A stretch of 64,000 nucleotides of DNA, from NCBI GenBank assembly GCA_977017575.1, contig CDRNVI010000026.1, positions 558,001 to 622,000 of the forward strand, given 5' to 3'. The first letter of the stretch is position 1, and each line of letters starts with the position of its first letter. Below the pieces are notes generated by a model. That model made no database searches. It had not been told where the DNA came from and was given only the letters and a program-made list of their open reading frames with translations. Made by a program: the position numbers and the translations under genes. This DNA is from Paramoeba atlantica (taxonomy: Eukaryota > Protista > Discosea). Positions 24,960 through 37,800 of the stretch are shown here, piece by piece.

Positions 24960-27900
24960 TTCAAAAAAACAAAAGGTCTTCAAAAAAAGAAAGGTCTTCA
25001 AAAAAACAAAGGTCTTCAAAAAAACAAAGGTCTTCGAAAAAACAAAGGTCTTCAAAAAAACAAAAGTCTTTAGAAAAACAAAGTCTTCAAAAAATCAAAG
25101 GTCTTCAAAAAAACAAAGGTCTTCAAAAAAACAAAGGTCTTCAAAAAAACAAAGGTCTTCAAAAAAACAAAGGTCTTCAAAAAAACAAAGGTCTTCAAAA
25201 AAAACAAAGGTGATCAAAAAAACAAAGGTCTTCAAAAAAACAAAGGTCTTCAAAAAAAAAAAGGTCTTCAAAAAAACAAAGGTCTTCAAAAAAACAAAGG
25301 TCTTCAAAAAAACAAAGGTCTTCAAAAACAAAGGTCTTCAAAAAAACAAAGGTCTTCAAAAAAACAAAGGTCTTCAAAAAAACAAAGGTCTTCAAAAAAA
25401 CAAAGGTCTTCAAAAAAACAAAGGTCTTCAAAAAAACATAGGTCTTCAAAAAAACAAAGGTCTTCAAAAAAACAAAGGTCTTCAAAAAAACAAAGGTCTT
25501 CAAAAAAACAAAGGTCTTCAAAAACAAAGGTCTTCAAAAAAACAAAGGTCTTCAAAAAAACAAAGGTCTTCAAAAAAAGAAAGGTCTTCAAAAAAAACAA
25601 AGGTCTTCAAAAACAAACGTCTTCAAAAAAACAAAGGTCTTCAAAAAGTCAAAAGGTCTTCAAAAAAAAAGGTCTTCAAAAAAACAAAGGTCTTCAAAAA
25701 AACAAAGGTCTTCAAAAAAACAAAAGGTCTTCAAAAAAAGAAAGGTCTTCAAAAAAACAAAGGTCTTCAAAAAAACAAAGGTCTTCGAAAAAACAAAGGT
25801 CTTCAAAAAAACAAAGGTCTTCAAAAAAACAAAGGTCTTCAAAAAAACAAAGGTCTTCAAAAAAACAAAGGTCTTCAAAAAAACATAGGTCTTCAAAAAA
25901 ACAAAGGTCATCAAAAAAACAAAGGTCTTCAAAAAAACAAAGGTCTTCAAAAAAAAAAAGGTCTTCAAAAAAACAAAGGTCTTCAAAAAAAAAAAGGTCT
26001 TCAAAAAAAACAAAGGTCTTCAAAAAAACAAAAGTCTTCAAAAAAACAAAGTCTTCAAAAAATCAAAGGTCTTCAAAAAAACAAAGGTCTTCAAAAAAAC
26101 AAAGGTCTTCAAAAAAACAAAGGTCTTCAAAAAAACAAAGGTCTTCAAAAAAACAAAGGTCTTCAAAAAAACAAAGGTCTTCAAAAAAACAAAGGTCTTC
26201 AAAAAAACATAGGTCTTCAAAAAAACAAAGGTCTTCAAAAAAACAAAGGTCTTCAAAAACAAAGGTCTTCAAAAAAACAAAGGTCTTCAAAAAAACAAAG
26301 GTCTTCAAAAAAAGAAAGGTCTTCAAAAACAAACGTCTTCAAAAAAACAAAGGTCTTCAAAAAGTCAAAAGGTCTTCAAAAAAAAAGGTCTTCAAAAAAA
26401 CAAAGGTCTTCAAAAAAACAAAGGTCTTCAAAAAAACAAAGGTCTTCAAAAAAACAAAGGTCTTCAAAAAAACAAAGGTCTTCAAAAAAACAAAGGTCTT
26501 CAAAAAAACAAAGGTCTTCAAAAAAACAAAGGTCTTCAAAAAAACAAAGGTCTTCAAAAAAACAAAAGGTCTTCAAAAAAAGAAAGGTCTTCAAAAAAAC
26601 AAAGGTCTTCAAAAAAACAAAGGTCTTCGAAAAAACAAAGGTCTTCAAAAAAACAAAAGTCTTTAGAAAAACAAAGTCTTCAAAAAATCAAAGGTCTTCA
26701 AAAAAACAAAGGTCTTCAAAAAAACAAAGGTCTTCAAAAAAACAAAGGTCTTCAAAAAAACAAAGGTCTTCAAAAAAACAAAGGTCTTCAAAAAAAACAA
26801 AGGTGATCAAAAAAACAAAGGTCTTCAAAAAAACAAAGGTCTTCAAAAAAAAAAAGGTCTTCAAAAAAACAAAGGTCTTCAAAAAAACAAAGGTCTTCAA
26901 AAAAACAAAGGTCTTCAAAAACAAAGGTCTTCAAAAAAACAAAGGTCTTCAAAAAAACAAAGGTCTTCAAAAAAACAAAGGTCTTCAAAAAAACAAAGGT
27001 CTTCAAAAAAACAAAGGTCTTCAAAAAAACATAGGTCTTCAAAAAAACAAAGGTCTTCAAAAAAACAAAGGTCTTCAAAAAAACAAAGGTCTTCAAAAAA
27101 ACAAAGGTCTTCAAAAACAAAGGTCTTCAAAAAAACAAAGGTCTTCAAAAAAACAAAGGTCTTCAAAAAAAGAAAGGTCTTCAAAAAAAACAAAGGTCTT
27201 CAAAAACAAACGTCTTCAAAAAAACAAAGGTCTTCAAAAAGTCAAAAGGTCTTCAAAAAAAAAGGTCTTCAAAAAAACAAAGGTCTTCAAAAAAACAAAG
27301 GTCTTCAAAAAAACAAAAGGTCTTCAAAAAAAGAAAGGTCTTCAAAAAAACAAAGGTCTTCAAAAAAACAAAGGTCTTCGAAAAAACAAAGGTCTTCAAA
27401 AAAACAAAGGTCTTCAAAAAAACAAAGGTCTTCAAAAAAACAAAGGTCTTCAAAAAAACAAAGGTCTTCAAAAAAACATAGGTCTTCAAAAAAACAAAGG
27501 TCATCAAAAAAACAAAGGTCTTCAAAAAAACAAAGGTCTTCAAAAAAAAAAAGGTCTTCAAAAAAACAAAGGTCTTCAAAAAAAAAAAGGTCTTCAAAAA
27601 AAACAAAGGTCTTCAAAAAAACAAAAGTCTTCAAAAAAACAAAGTCTTCAAAAAATCAAAGGTCTTCAAAAAAACAAAGGTCTTCAAAAAAACAAAGGTC
27701 TTCAAAAAAACAAAGGTCTTCAAAAAAACAAAGGTCTTCAAAAAAACAAAGGTCTTCAAAAAAACAAAGGTCTTCAAAAAAACAAAGGTCTTCAAAAAAA
27801 CATAGGTCTTCAAAAAAACAAAGGTCTTCAAAAAAACAAAGGTCTTCAAAAACAAAGGTCTTCAAAAAAACAAAGGTCTTCAAAAAAACAAAGGTCTTCA

Positions 27901-28040
27901 AAAAAAGAAAGGTCTTCAAAAACAAACGTCTTCAAAAAAACAAAGGTCTTCAAAAAGTCAAAAGGTCTTCAAAAAAAAAGGTCTTCAAAAAAACAAAGGT
28001 CTTCAAAAAAACAAAGGTCTTCAAAAAAACAAAGGTCTTC
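24960..28040 (+). repeat. Tandem duplication, offset 1593 bp
   Basis: TTTAG 25071/26664, GGTGATC 25209/26802; ORF pairs 25095/26688, 25660/27253, 26038/27631. Confidence 0.9.
25520..25750 (+). repeat. Example of the recurrent 13-monomer variant cassette (231 bp; monomer lengths 16-18-18-18[C>G]-19-16-18-19[AAAAAGTCAAAA]-16[A9, no C]-18-18-19[A7CA4]-18[C>G])
   Basis: Parsed monomer by monomer at 25520-25750. Its marker monomer AAAAAGTCAAAAGGTCTTC recurs about 75 times by eye count between about 105 and about 59,640, usually with the same neighbours. Confidence 0.9.
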
Positions 28041-28949
28041 AAAAAAACAAAGGTCTTCAAAAAAACAAAGGTCTTCAAAAAAACATAGGTCTTCAAAAAA
28101 ACAAAGGTCATCAAAAAAACAAAGGTCTTCAAAAAAACAAAGGTCTTCAAAAAAAAAAAGGTCTTCAAAAAAACAAAGGTCTTCAAAAAAACAAAGGTCT
28201 TCAAAAAAACAAAGGTCTTCAAAAAAACAAAGGTCTTCAAAAAAACAAAGGTCTTCAAAAAAACAAAGGTCTTCAAAAAAACAAAGGTCTTCAAAAACAA
28301 AGGTCTTCAAAAAAACAAAGGTCTTCAAAAAAACAAAGGTCTTCAAAAAAAGAAAGGTCTTCAAAAACAAACGTCTTCAAAAAAACAAAGGTCTTCAAAA
28401 AGTCAAAAGGTCTTCAAAAAAAAAGGTCTTCAAAAAAACAAAGGTCTTCAAAAAAACAAAGGTCTTCAAAAAAACAAAAGGTCTTCAAAAAAAGAAAGGT
28501 CTTCAAAAAAACAAAGGTCTTCAAAAAAACAAAGGTCTTCGAAAAAACAAAGGTCTTCAAAAAAACAAAGGTCTTCAAAAAAACAAAGGTCTTCAAAAAA
28601 ACAAAGGTCTTCAAAAAAACAAAGGTCTTCAAAAAAACATAGGTCTTCAAAAAAACAAAGGTCATCAAAAAAACAAAGGTCTTCAAAAAAACAAAGGTCT
28701 TCAAAAAAAAAAAGGTCTTCAAAAAAACAAAGGTCTTCAAAAAAACAAAGGTCTTCAAAAAAACAAAGGTCTTCAAAAAAACAAAGGTCTTCAAAAAAAC
28801 AAAGGTCTTCAAAAAAACAAAGGTCTTCAAAAAAACAAAGGTCTTCAAAAACAAAGGTCTTCAAAAAAACAAAGGTCTTCAAAAAAACAAAGGTCTTCAA
28901 AAAAAGAAAGGTCTTCAAAAACAAACGTCTTCAAAAAAACAAAGGTCTT

Positions 28950-31900
28950 CAAAAAGTCAAAAGGTCTTCAAAAAAAAAGGTCTTCAAAAAAACAAAGGTC
29001 TTCAAAAAAACAAAGGTCTTCAAAAAAACAAAAGGTCTTCAAAAAAAGAAAGGTCTTCAAAAAAACAAAGGTCTTCAAAAAAACAAAGGTCTTCGAAAAA
29101 ACAAAGGTCTTCAAAAAAACAAAGGTCTTCAAAAAAACAAAGGTCTTCAAAAAAACAAAGGTCTTCAAAAAAACAAAGGTCTTCAAAAAAACATAGGTCT
29201 TCAAAAAAACAAAGGTCATCAAAAAAACAAAGGTCTTCAAAAAAACAAAGGTCTTCAAAAAAAAAAAGGTCTTCAAAAAAACAAAGGTCTTCAAAAAAAA
29301 AAAGGTCTTCAAAAAAAACAAAGGTCTTCAAAAAAACAAAAGTCTTCAAAAAAACAAAGTCTTCAAAAAATCAAAGGTCTTCAAAAAAACAAAGGTCTTC
29401 AAAAAAACAAAGGTCTTCAAAAAAACAAAGGTCTTCAAAAAAACAAAGGTCTTCAAAAAAACAAAGGTCTTCAAAAAAACAAAGGTCTTCAAAAAAACAA
29501 AGGTCTTCAAAAAAACATAGGTCTTCAAAAAAACAAAGGTCATCAAAAAAACAAAGGTCTTCAAAAAAACAAAGTCTTCAAAAAAAAAAAGGTCTTCAAA
29601 AAAACAAAGGTCTTCAAAAAAACAAAGGTCTTCAAAAAAACAAAGGTCTTCAAAAAAACAAAGGTCTTCAAAAAAACAAAGGTCTTCAAAAAAACAAAGG
29701 TCTTCAAAAAAACAAAGGTCTTCAAAAACAAAGGTCTTCAAAAAAACAAAGGTCTTCAAAAAAACAAAGGTCTTCAAAAAAAGAAAGGTCTTCAAAAAAA
29801 ACAAAGGTCTTCAAAAACAAAGGTCTTCAAAAAAACAAAGGTCTTCAAAAAGTCAAAAGGTCTTCAAAAAAAAAGGTCTTCAAAAAAACAAAGGTCTTCA
29901 AAAAAACAAAGGTCTTCAAAAAAACAAAAGGTCTTCAAAAAAAGAAAGGTCTTCAAAAAAACAAAGGTCTTCAAAAAAACAAAGGTCTTCGAAAAAACAA
30001 AGGTCTTCAAAAAAACAAAGGTCTTCAAAAAAACAAAGGTCTTCAAAAAAACAAAGGTCTTCAAAAAAACAAAGGTCTTCAAAAAAACAAAGGTCTTCAA
30101 AAACAAAGGTCTTCAAAAAAACAAAGGTCTTCAAAAAAACCAAGGTCTTCAAAAAAAGAAAGGTCTTCAAAAAAAACAAAGGTCTTCAAAAACAAACGTC
30201 TTCAAAAAAACAAAGGTCTTCAAAAAGTCAAAAGGTCTTCAAAAAAAAAGGTCTTCAAAAAAACAAAGGTCTTCAAAAAAACAAAGGTCTTCAAAAAAAC
30301 AAAAGGTCTCCAAAAAAAGAAAGGTCTTCAAAAAAACAAAGGTCTTCAAAAAAACAAAGGTCTGCAAAAACAAAGGTCTTCAAAAAAACAAAGGTCTTCA
30401 AAAAAACAAAGGTCTTCAAAAAAACAAAGGTCTTCAAAAAAACAAAGGTCTTCAAAAAAACAAAGGTCTTCAAAAAAACAAAGGTCTTCAAAAAAACATA
30501 GGTCTTCAAAAAAACAAAGGTCATCAAAAAAACAAAGGTCTTCAAAAAAACAAAGGTCTTCAAAAAAAAAAAGGTCTTCAAAAAAACAAAGGTCTTCAAA
30601 AAAACAAAGGTCTTCAAAAAAACAAAGGTCTTCAAAAAAACAAAGGTCTTCAAAAAAACAAAGGTCTTCAAAAAAACAAAGGTCTTCAAAAAAACAAAGG
30701 TCTTCAAAAACAAAGGTCTTCAAAAAAACAAAGGTCTTCAAAAAAACAAAGGTCTTCAAAAAAAGAAAGGTCTTCAAAAACAAACGTCTTCAAAAAAACA
30801 AAGGTCTTCAAAAAGTCAAAAGGTCTTCAAAAAAAAAGGTCTTCAAAAAAACAAAGGTCTTCAAAAAAACAAAGGTCTTCAAAAAAACAAAAGGTCTTCA
30901 AAAAAAGAAAGGTCTTCAAAAAAACAAAGGTCTTCAAAAAAACAAAGGTCTTCGAAAAAACAAAGGTCTTCAAAAAAACAAAGGTCTTCAAAAAAACAAA
31001 GGTCTTCAAAAAAACAAAGGTCTTCAAAAAAACAAAGGTCTTCAAAAAAACATAGGTCTTCAAAAAAACAAAGGTCATCAAAAAAACAAAGGTCTTCAAA
31101 AAAACAAAGGTCTTCAAAAAAAAAAAGGTCTTCAAAAAAACAAAGGTCTTCAAAAAAAAAAAGGTCTTCAAAAAAAACAAAGGTCTTCAAAAAAACAAAA
31201 GTCTTCAAAAAAACAAAGTCTTCAAAAAATCAAAGGTCTTCAAAAAAACAAAGGTCTTCAAAAAAACAAAGGTCTTCAAAAAAACAAAGGTCTTCAAAAA
31301 AACAAAGGTCTTCAAAAAAACAAAGGTCTTCAAAAAAACAAAGGTCTTCAAAAAAACAAAGGTCTTCAAAAAAACATAGGTCTTCAAAAAAACAAAGGTC
31401 ATCAAAAAAACAAAGGTCTTCAAAAAAACAAAGGTCTTCAAAAAAAAAAAGGTCTTCAAAAAAACAAAGGTCTTCAAAAAAACAAAGGTCTTCAAAAAAA
31501 CAAAGGTCTTCAAAAAAACAAAGGTCTTCAAAAAAACAAAGGTCTTCAAAAAAACAAAGGTCTTCAAAAAAACAAAGGTCTTCAAAAACAAAGGTCTTCA
31601 AAAAAACAAAGGTCTTCAAAAAAACAAAGGTCTTCAAAAAAAGAAAGGTCTTCAAAAAAAACAAAGGTCTTCAAAAACAAAGGTCTTCAAAAAAACAAAG
31701 GTCTTCAAAAAGTCAAAAGGTCTTCAAAAAAAAAGGTCTTCAAAAAAACAAAGGTCTTCAAAAAAACAAAGGTCTTCAAAAAAACAAAAGGTCTTCAAAA
31801 AAAGAAAGGTCTTCAAAAAAACAAAGGTCTTCAAAAAAACAAAGGTCTTCGAAAAAACAAAGGTCTTCAAAAAAACAAAGGTCTTCAAAAAAACAAAGGT

Positions 31901-32770
31901 CTTCAAAAAAACAAAGGTCTTCAAAAAAACAAAGGTCTTCAAAAAAACAAAGGTCTTCAAAAACAAAGGTCTTCAAAAAAACAAAGGTCTTCAAAAAAAC
32001 CAAGGTCTTCAAAAAAAGAAAGGTCTTCAAAAAAAACAAAGGTCTTCAAAAACAAACGTCTTCAAAAAAACAAAGGTCTTCAAAAAGTCAAAAGGTCTTC
32101 AAAAAAAAAGGTCTTCAAAAAAACAAAGGTCTTCAAAAAAACAAAGGTCTTCAAAAAAACAAAAGGTCTCCAAAAAAAGAAAGGTCTTCAAAAAAACAAA
32201 GGTCTTCAAAAAAACAAAGGTCTGCAAAAACAAAGGTCTTCAAAAAAACAAAGGTCTTCAAAAAAACAAAGGTCTTCAAAAAAACAAAAGTCTTCAAAAA
32301 AACAAAGGTCTTCAAAAAAACAAAGGTCTTCAAAAAAACAAAGGTCTTCAAAAAAACAAAGGTCTTCAAAAAAACAAAGGTCTTCAAAAAAACAAAGGTC
32401 TTCAAAAAAACAAAGGTCTTCAAAAAAACAAAGGTCTTCAAAAAAACATAGGTCTTCAAAAAAACAAAGGTCATCAAAAAAACAAAGGTCTTCAAAAAAA
32501 CAAAGGTCTTCAAAAAAAAAAAGGTCTTCAAAAAAACAAAGGTCTTCAAAAAAACAAAGGTCTTCAAAAAAACAAAGGTCTTCAAAAAAACAAAGGTCTT
32601 CAAAAAAACAAAGGTCTTCAAAAAAACAAAGGTCTTCAAAAAAACAAAGGTCTTCAAAAACAAAGGTCTTCAAAAAAACAAAGGTCTTCAAAAAAACAAA
32701 GGTCTTCAAAAAAAGAAAGGTCTTCAAAAAAAACAAAGGTCTTCAAAAACAAAGGTCTTCAAAAAAACAA
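28950..32770 (+). repeat. Tandem duplication, offset 1859-1860 bp
   Basis: CCAAGG 30140/32000, GGTCTCC 30305/32165, GGTCTGC 30364/32224; ORF pairs 28968/30827 and 29864/31724. Confidence 0.9.
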
Positions 32771-34859
32771 AGGTCTTCAAAAAGTCAAAAGGTCTTCAAA
32801 AAAAAAGGTCTTCAAAAAAACAAAGGTCTTCTAAAAAACAAAGGTCTTCAAAAAAACAAAAGGTCTTCAAAAAAAGAAAGGTCTTCAAAAAAACAAAGGT
32901 CTTCAAAAAAACAAAGGTCTTCGAAAAAACAAAGGTCTTCAAAAAAACAAAGGTCTTCAAAAAAACAAAGGTCTTCAAAAAAACAAAGGTCTTCAAAAAA
33001 ACAAAGGTCTTCAAAAAAACAAAGGTCTTCAAAAAAACAAAAGGTCTTCAAAAAAAGAAAGGTCTTCAAAAAAACAAAGGTCTTCAAAAAAACAAAGGTC
33101 TTCGAAAAAACAAAGGTCTTCAAAAAAACAAAGGTCTTCAAAAAAACAAAAGTCTTTAAAAAAACAAAGTCTTCAAAAAATCAAAGGTCTTCAAAAAAAC
33201 AAAGGTCTTCAAAAAAACAAAGGTCTTCAAAAAAACAAAGGTCTTCAAAAAAACAAAGGTCTTCAAAAAAACAAAGGTCTTCAAAAAAACATAGGTCTTC
33301 AAAAAAACAAAGGTCTTCAAAAAAACAAAGGTCTTCAAAAAAAAAAAGGTCTTCAAAAAAAAAAAGGTCTTCAAAAAAAACAAAGGTCTTCAAAAAGTCA
33401 AAAGGTCTTCAAAAAAAAAGGTCTTCAAAAAAACAAAGGTCTTCAAAAAAACAAAGGTCTTCAAAAAAACAAAAGGTCTTCAAAAAAAGAAAGGTCTTCA
33501 AAAAAACAAAGGTCTTCAAAAAAACAAAGGTCTTCAAAAAAAAAAAGGTCTTCAAAAAAAACAAAGGTCTTCAAAAAAACAAAAGTCTTCAAAAAAACAA
33601 AGTCTTCAAAAAATCAAAGGTCTTCAAAAAAACAAAGGTCTTCAAAAAAACAAAGGTCTTCAAAAAAACAAAGGTCTTCAAAAAAATAAAGGTCTTCAAA
33701 AAGACAAAGGTCTTCAAAAAAACAAAGGTCTTCAAAAAAACAAAGGTCTTCAAAAAAACAAAGGTCTTCAAAAACAAAGGTCTTCAAAAAAACAAAGGTC
33801 TTCAAAAAAACAAAGGTCTTCAAAAAAAGAAAGGTCTTCAAAAAAAACAAAGGTCTTCAAAAACAAAGGTCTTCAAAAAAACAAAGGTCTTCAAAAAGTC
33901 AAAAGGTCTTCAAAAAAAAAGGTCTTCAAAAAAACAAAGGTCTTCAAAAAAACAAAGGTCTTCAAAAAAACAAAAGGTCTTCAAAAAAAGAAAGGTCTTC
34001 AAAAAAACCAAGGTCTTCAAAAAAACAAAGGTCTTCGAAAAAACAAAGGTCTTCAAAAAAACAAAGGTCTTCAAAAAAACAAAGGTCTTCAAAAAAACAA
34101 AGGTCTTCAAAAAAAAAAAGGTCTTCAAAAAAAACAAAGGTCTTCAAAAAAACAAAAGTCTTCAAAAAAACAAAGGTCTTCAAAAAAACAAAGGTCTTCA
34201 AAAAAACAAAGGTCTTCAAAAAAACAAAAGGTCTTCAAAAAAAGAAAGGTCTTCAAAAAAACAAAGGTCTTCAAAAAAACAAAGGTCTTCGAAAAAACAA
34301 AGGTCTTCAAAAAAAAAAAGGTCTTCAAAAAAAACAAAGGTCTTCAAAAAAACAAAAGTCTTCAAAAAAAGAAAGGTCTTCAAAAAAAGAAAGGTCTTCA
34401 AAAAAACAAAGGTCTTCGAAAAAACAAAGGTCTTCAAAAAAACAAAGGTCTTCAAAAAAAAAAAGGTCTTCAAAAAAAACAAAGGTCTTCAAAAAAACAA
34501 AAGTCTTCAAAAAAACAAAGGTCTTCAAAAAAACAAAGGTCTTCAAAAAAACAAAGGTCTTCAAAAAAACAAAAGGTCTTCAAAAAAAGAAAGGTCTTCA
34601 AAAAAACAAAGGTCTTCAAAAAAACAAAGGTCTTCGAAAAAACAAAGGTCTTCAAAAAAACAAAAGTCTTTAAAAAAACAAAGGTCTTCAAAAAAACAAA
34701 GGTCTTCAAAAAAACAAAGGTCTTCAAAAAAACAAAGGTCTTCAAAAAAACAAAAGGTCTTCAAAAAAAGAAAGGTCTTCAAAAAAACAAAGGTCTTCAA
34801 AAAAACAAAAGGTCTTCAAAAAAAGAAAGGTCTTCAAAAAAACAAAGGTCTTCAAAAAA

Positions 34860-37800
34860 ACAAAGGTCTTCGAAAAAACAAAGGTCTTCAAAAAAACAAA
34901 GGTCTTCAAAAAAACAAAAGGTCTTCAAAAAAAGAAAGGTCTTCAAAAAAAACAAAGGTCTTCAAAAAAACAAAGGTCTTCAAAAAAAGAAAGGTCTTCA
35001 AAAAAAACAAAGGTCTTCAAAAACAAAGGTCTTCAAAAAAACAAAGGTCTTCAAAAAAAAAAAGGTCTTCAAAAAAACAAAGGTCTTCAAAAAAACAAAG
35101 GTCTTCAAAAACAAAAGTCTTCAAAAAAACAAAGGTCTTCAAAAAAACAAAGGTCTTCAAAAACAAAGGTCTTCAAAAAAACAAAGGTCTTCAAAAAAAC
35201 AAAGGTCTTCAAAAAAACATAGGTCTTCAAAAAAACAAAGGTCTTCAAAAACAAAGGTCTTCAAAAAAACAAAGGTCTTCAAAAAAACAAAGGTCTTCAA
35301 AAAAAGAAAGGTCTTCAAAAAAAACAAAGGTCTTCAAAAACAAAGGTCTTCAAAAAAACAAAGGTCATCAAAAAAACAAAGGTCTTCAAAAAAACAAAGG
35401 TCTTCAAAAAAACAAAGGTCTTCAAAAACAAAGGTCTTCAAAAAAACAAAGGTCTTCAAAAAAACAAAGGTCTTCAAAAAAACAAAGGTCTTCAAAAAAA
35501 CAAAGGTCTTCAAAAAAACAAAGGTCTTCAAAAAAACAAAGGTCTTCAAAAAAACATAGGTCTTCAAAAAAACAAAGGTCTTCAAAAAAACAAAGGTCTT
35601 CAAAAAAACAAAGGTCTTCAAAAAAACAAAGGTCTTCAAAAACAAAGGTCTTCAAAAAAACAAAGGTCTTCAAAAAAACAAAGGTCTTCAAAAAAACAAA
35701 GGTCTTCAAAAACAAAGGTCTTCAAAAAAACAAAGGTCTTCAAAAAAACAAAGGTCTTCAAAAAAAGAAAGGTCTTCAAAAAAAACAAAGGTCTTCAAAA
35801 ACAAAGGTCTTCAAAAAAACAAAGGTCTTCAAAAAAACAAAGGTCTTCAAAAAAACAAAGGTCTTCAAAAAAACAAAGGTCTTCAAAAACAAAGGTCTTC
35901 AAAAAAACAAAGGTCTTCAAAAAAACAAAGGTCTTCAAAAAAACAAAGGTCTTCAAAAAAACAAAGGTCTTCAAAAAAACAAAGGTCTTCAAAAAAACAA
36001 AGGTCTTCAAAAAAACATAGGTCTTCAAAAAAACAAAGGTCTTCAAAAAAACAAAGGTCTTCAAAAAAACAAAGGTCTTCAAAAAAACAAAGGTCTTCAA
36101 AAACAAAGGTCTTCAAAAAAACAAAGGTCTTCAAAAAAACAAAGGTCTTCAAAAAAAGAAAGGTCTTCAAAAAATCAAAGGTCTTCAAAAAAACAAAGGT
36201 CTTCAAAAAAACAAAGGTCTTCAAAAAAACAAAGGTCTTCAAAAAAACAAAGGTCTTCAAAAAAACAAAGGTCTTCAAAAAAACAAAGGTCTTCAAAAAA
36301 ACAAAGGTCTTCAAAAAAACAAAGGTCTTCAAAAAAACAAAGGTCTTCAAAAAAACAAAGGTCTTCAAAAAAACAAAGGTCCTCAAAAAAACAAAGGTCT
36401 TCAAAAAAAACAAAGGTCATCAAAAAAACAAAGGTCTTCAAAAAAACAAAGGTCTTCGAAAAAACAAAGGTCTTCAAAAAAACAAAGGTCTTCAAAAAAA
36501 AAAAGGTCTTCAAAAAAAACAAAGGTCTTCAAAAAAACAAAAGTCTTCAAAAAAACAAAGTCTTCAAAAAATCAAAGGTCTTCAAAAAAACAAAGGTCTT
36601 CAAAAAAACAAAGGTCTTCAAAAAAACAAAGGTCTTCAAAAAAACAAAGGTCCTCAAAAAAACAAAGGTCTTCAAAAAAAACAAAGGTCATCAAAAAAAC
36701 AAAGGTCTTCAAAAAAACAAAGGTCTTCAAAAAAACAAAGGTCTTCAAAAAAACAAAGGTCTTCAAAAAAACAAAGGTCTTCAAAAACAAAGGTCTTCAA
36801 AAAAACAAAGGTCTTCAAAAAGTCAAAAGGTCTTCAAAAAAACAAAAGTCTTCAAAAAAACAAAGTCTTCAAAAAATCAAAGGTCTTCAAAAAAACAAAG
36901 GTCTTCAAAAAAACAAAGGTCTTCAAAAAAACAAAGGTCTTCAAAAAAACAAAGGTCTTCAAAAAAACAAAGGTCTTCAAAAAAACAAAGGTCTTCAAAA
37001 ACAAAGGTCTTCAAAAAAACAAAGGTCTTCAAAAAAACAAAGGTCTTCAAAAAAAGAAAGGTCTTCAAAAAAAACAAACGTCTTCAAAAACAAAGGTCTT
37101 CAAAAAAACAAAGGTCTTCAAAAAGTCAAAAGGTCTTCAAAAAAACAAAGGTCTTCAAAAAAACAAAAGGTCTTCAAAAAAAGAAAGGTCTTCAAAAAAA
37201 CAAAGGTCTTCAAAAAAACAAAGGTCTTCGAAAAAACAAAGGTCTTCAAAAAAACAAAAGTCTTTAAAAAAACAAAGGTCTTCGAAAAAACAAAGGTCTT
37301 CAAAAAAACAAAGGTCTTCAAAAAAACAAAGGTCTTCAAAAAAACAAAGGTCTTCAAAAAAACAAAGGTCTTCGAAAAAACAAAGGTCTTCAAAAAAACA
37401 AAGGTCTTCAAAAAAACAAAGGTCTTCAAAAAAACAAAGGTCTTCAAAAAAACAAAGGTCTTCAAAAAAACAAAGGTCTTCAAAAAAACAAAAGGTCTTC
37501 AAAAAAAGAAAGGTCTTCAAAAAAACAAAGGTCTTCAAAAAAACAAAGGTCTTCGAAAAAACAAAGGTCTTCAAAAAAACAAAGGTCTTCAAAAAAACAA
37601 AAGGTCTTCAAAAAAAGAAAGGTCTTCAAAAAAAACAAAGGTCTTCAAAAAAACAAAGGTCTTCAAAAAAAGAAAGGTCTTCAAAAAAAACAAAGGTCTT
37701 CAAAAACAAAGGTCTTCAAAAAAACAAAGGTCTTCAAAAAAAAAAAGGTCTTCAAAAAAACAAAGGTCTTCAAAAAAACAAAGGTCTTCAAAAACAAAAG

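Noticed and set aside
25520-25750. Cassette indels sum to -3 bp (231 = 13x18 - 3), hinting at reading-frame preservation
   Set aside because: All three + frames are open anyway, truncated cassettes with other net lengths are common, and a multiple of 3 has a one-in-three chance.
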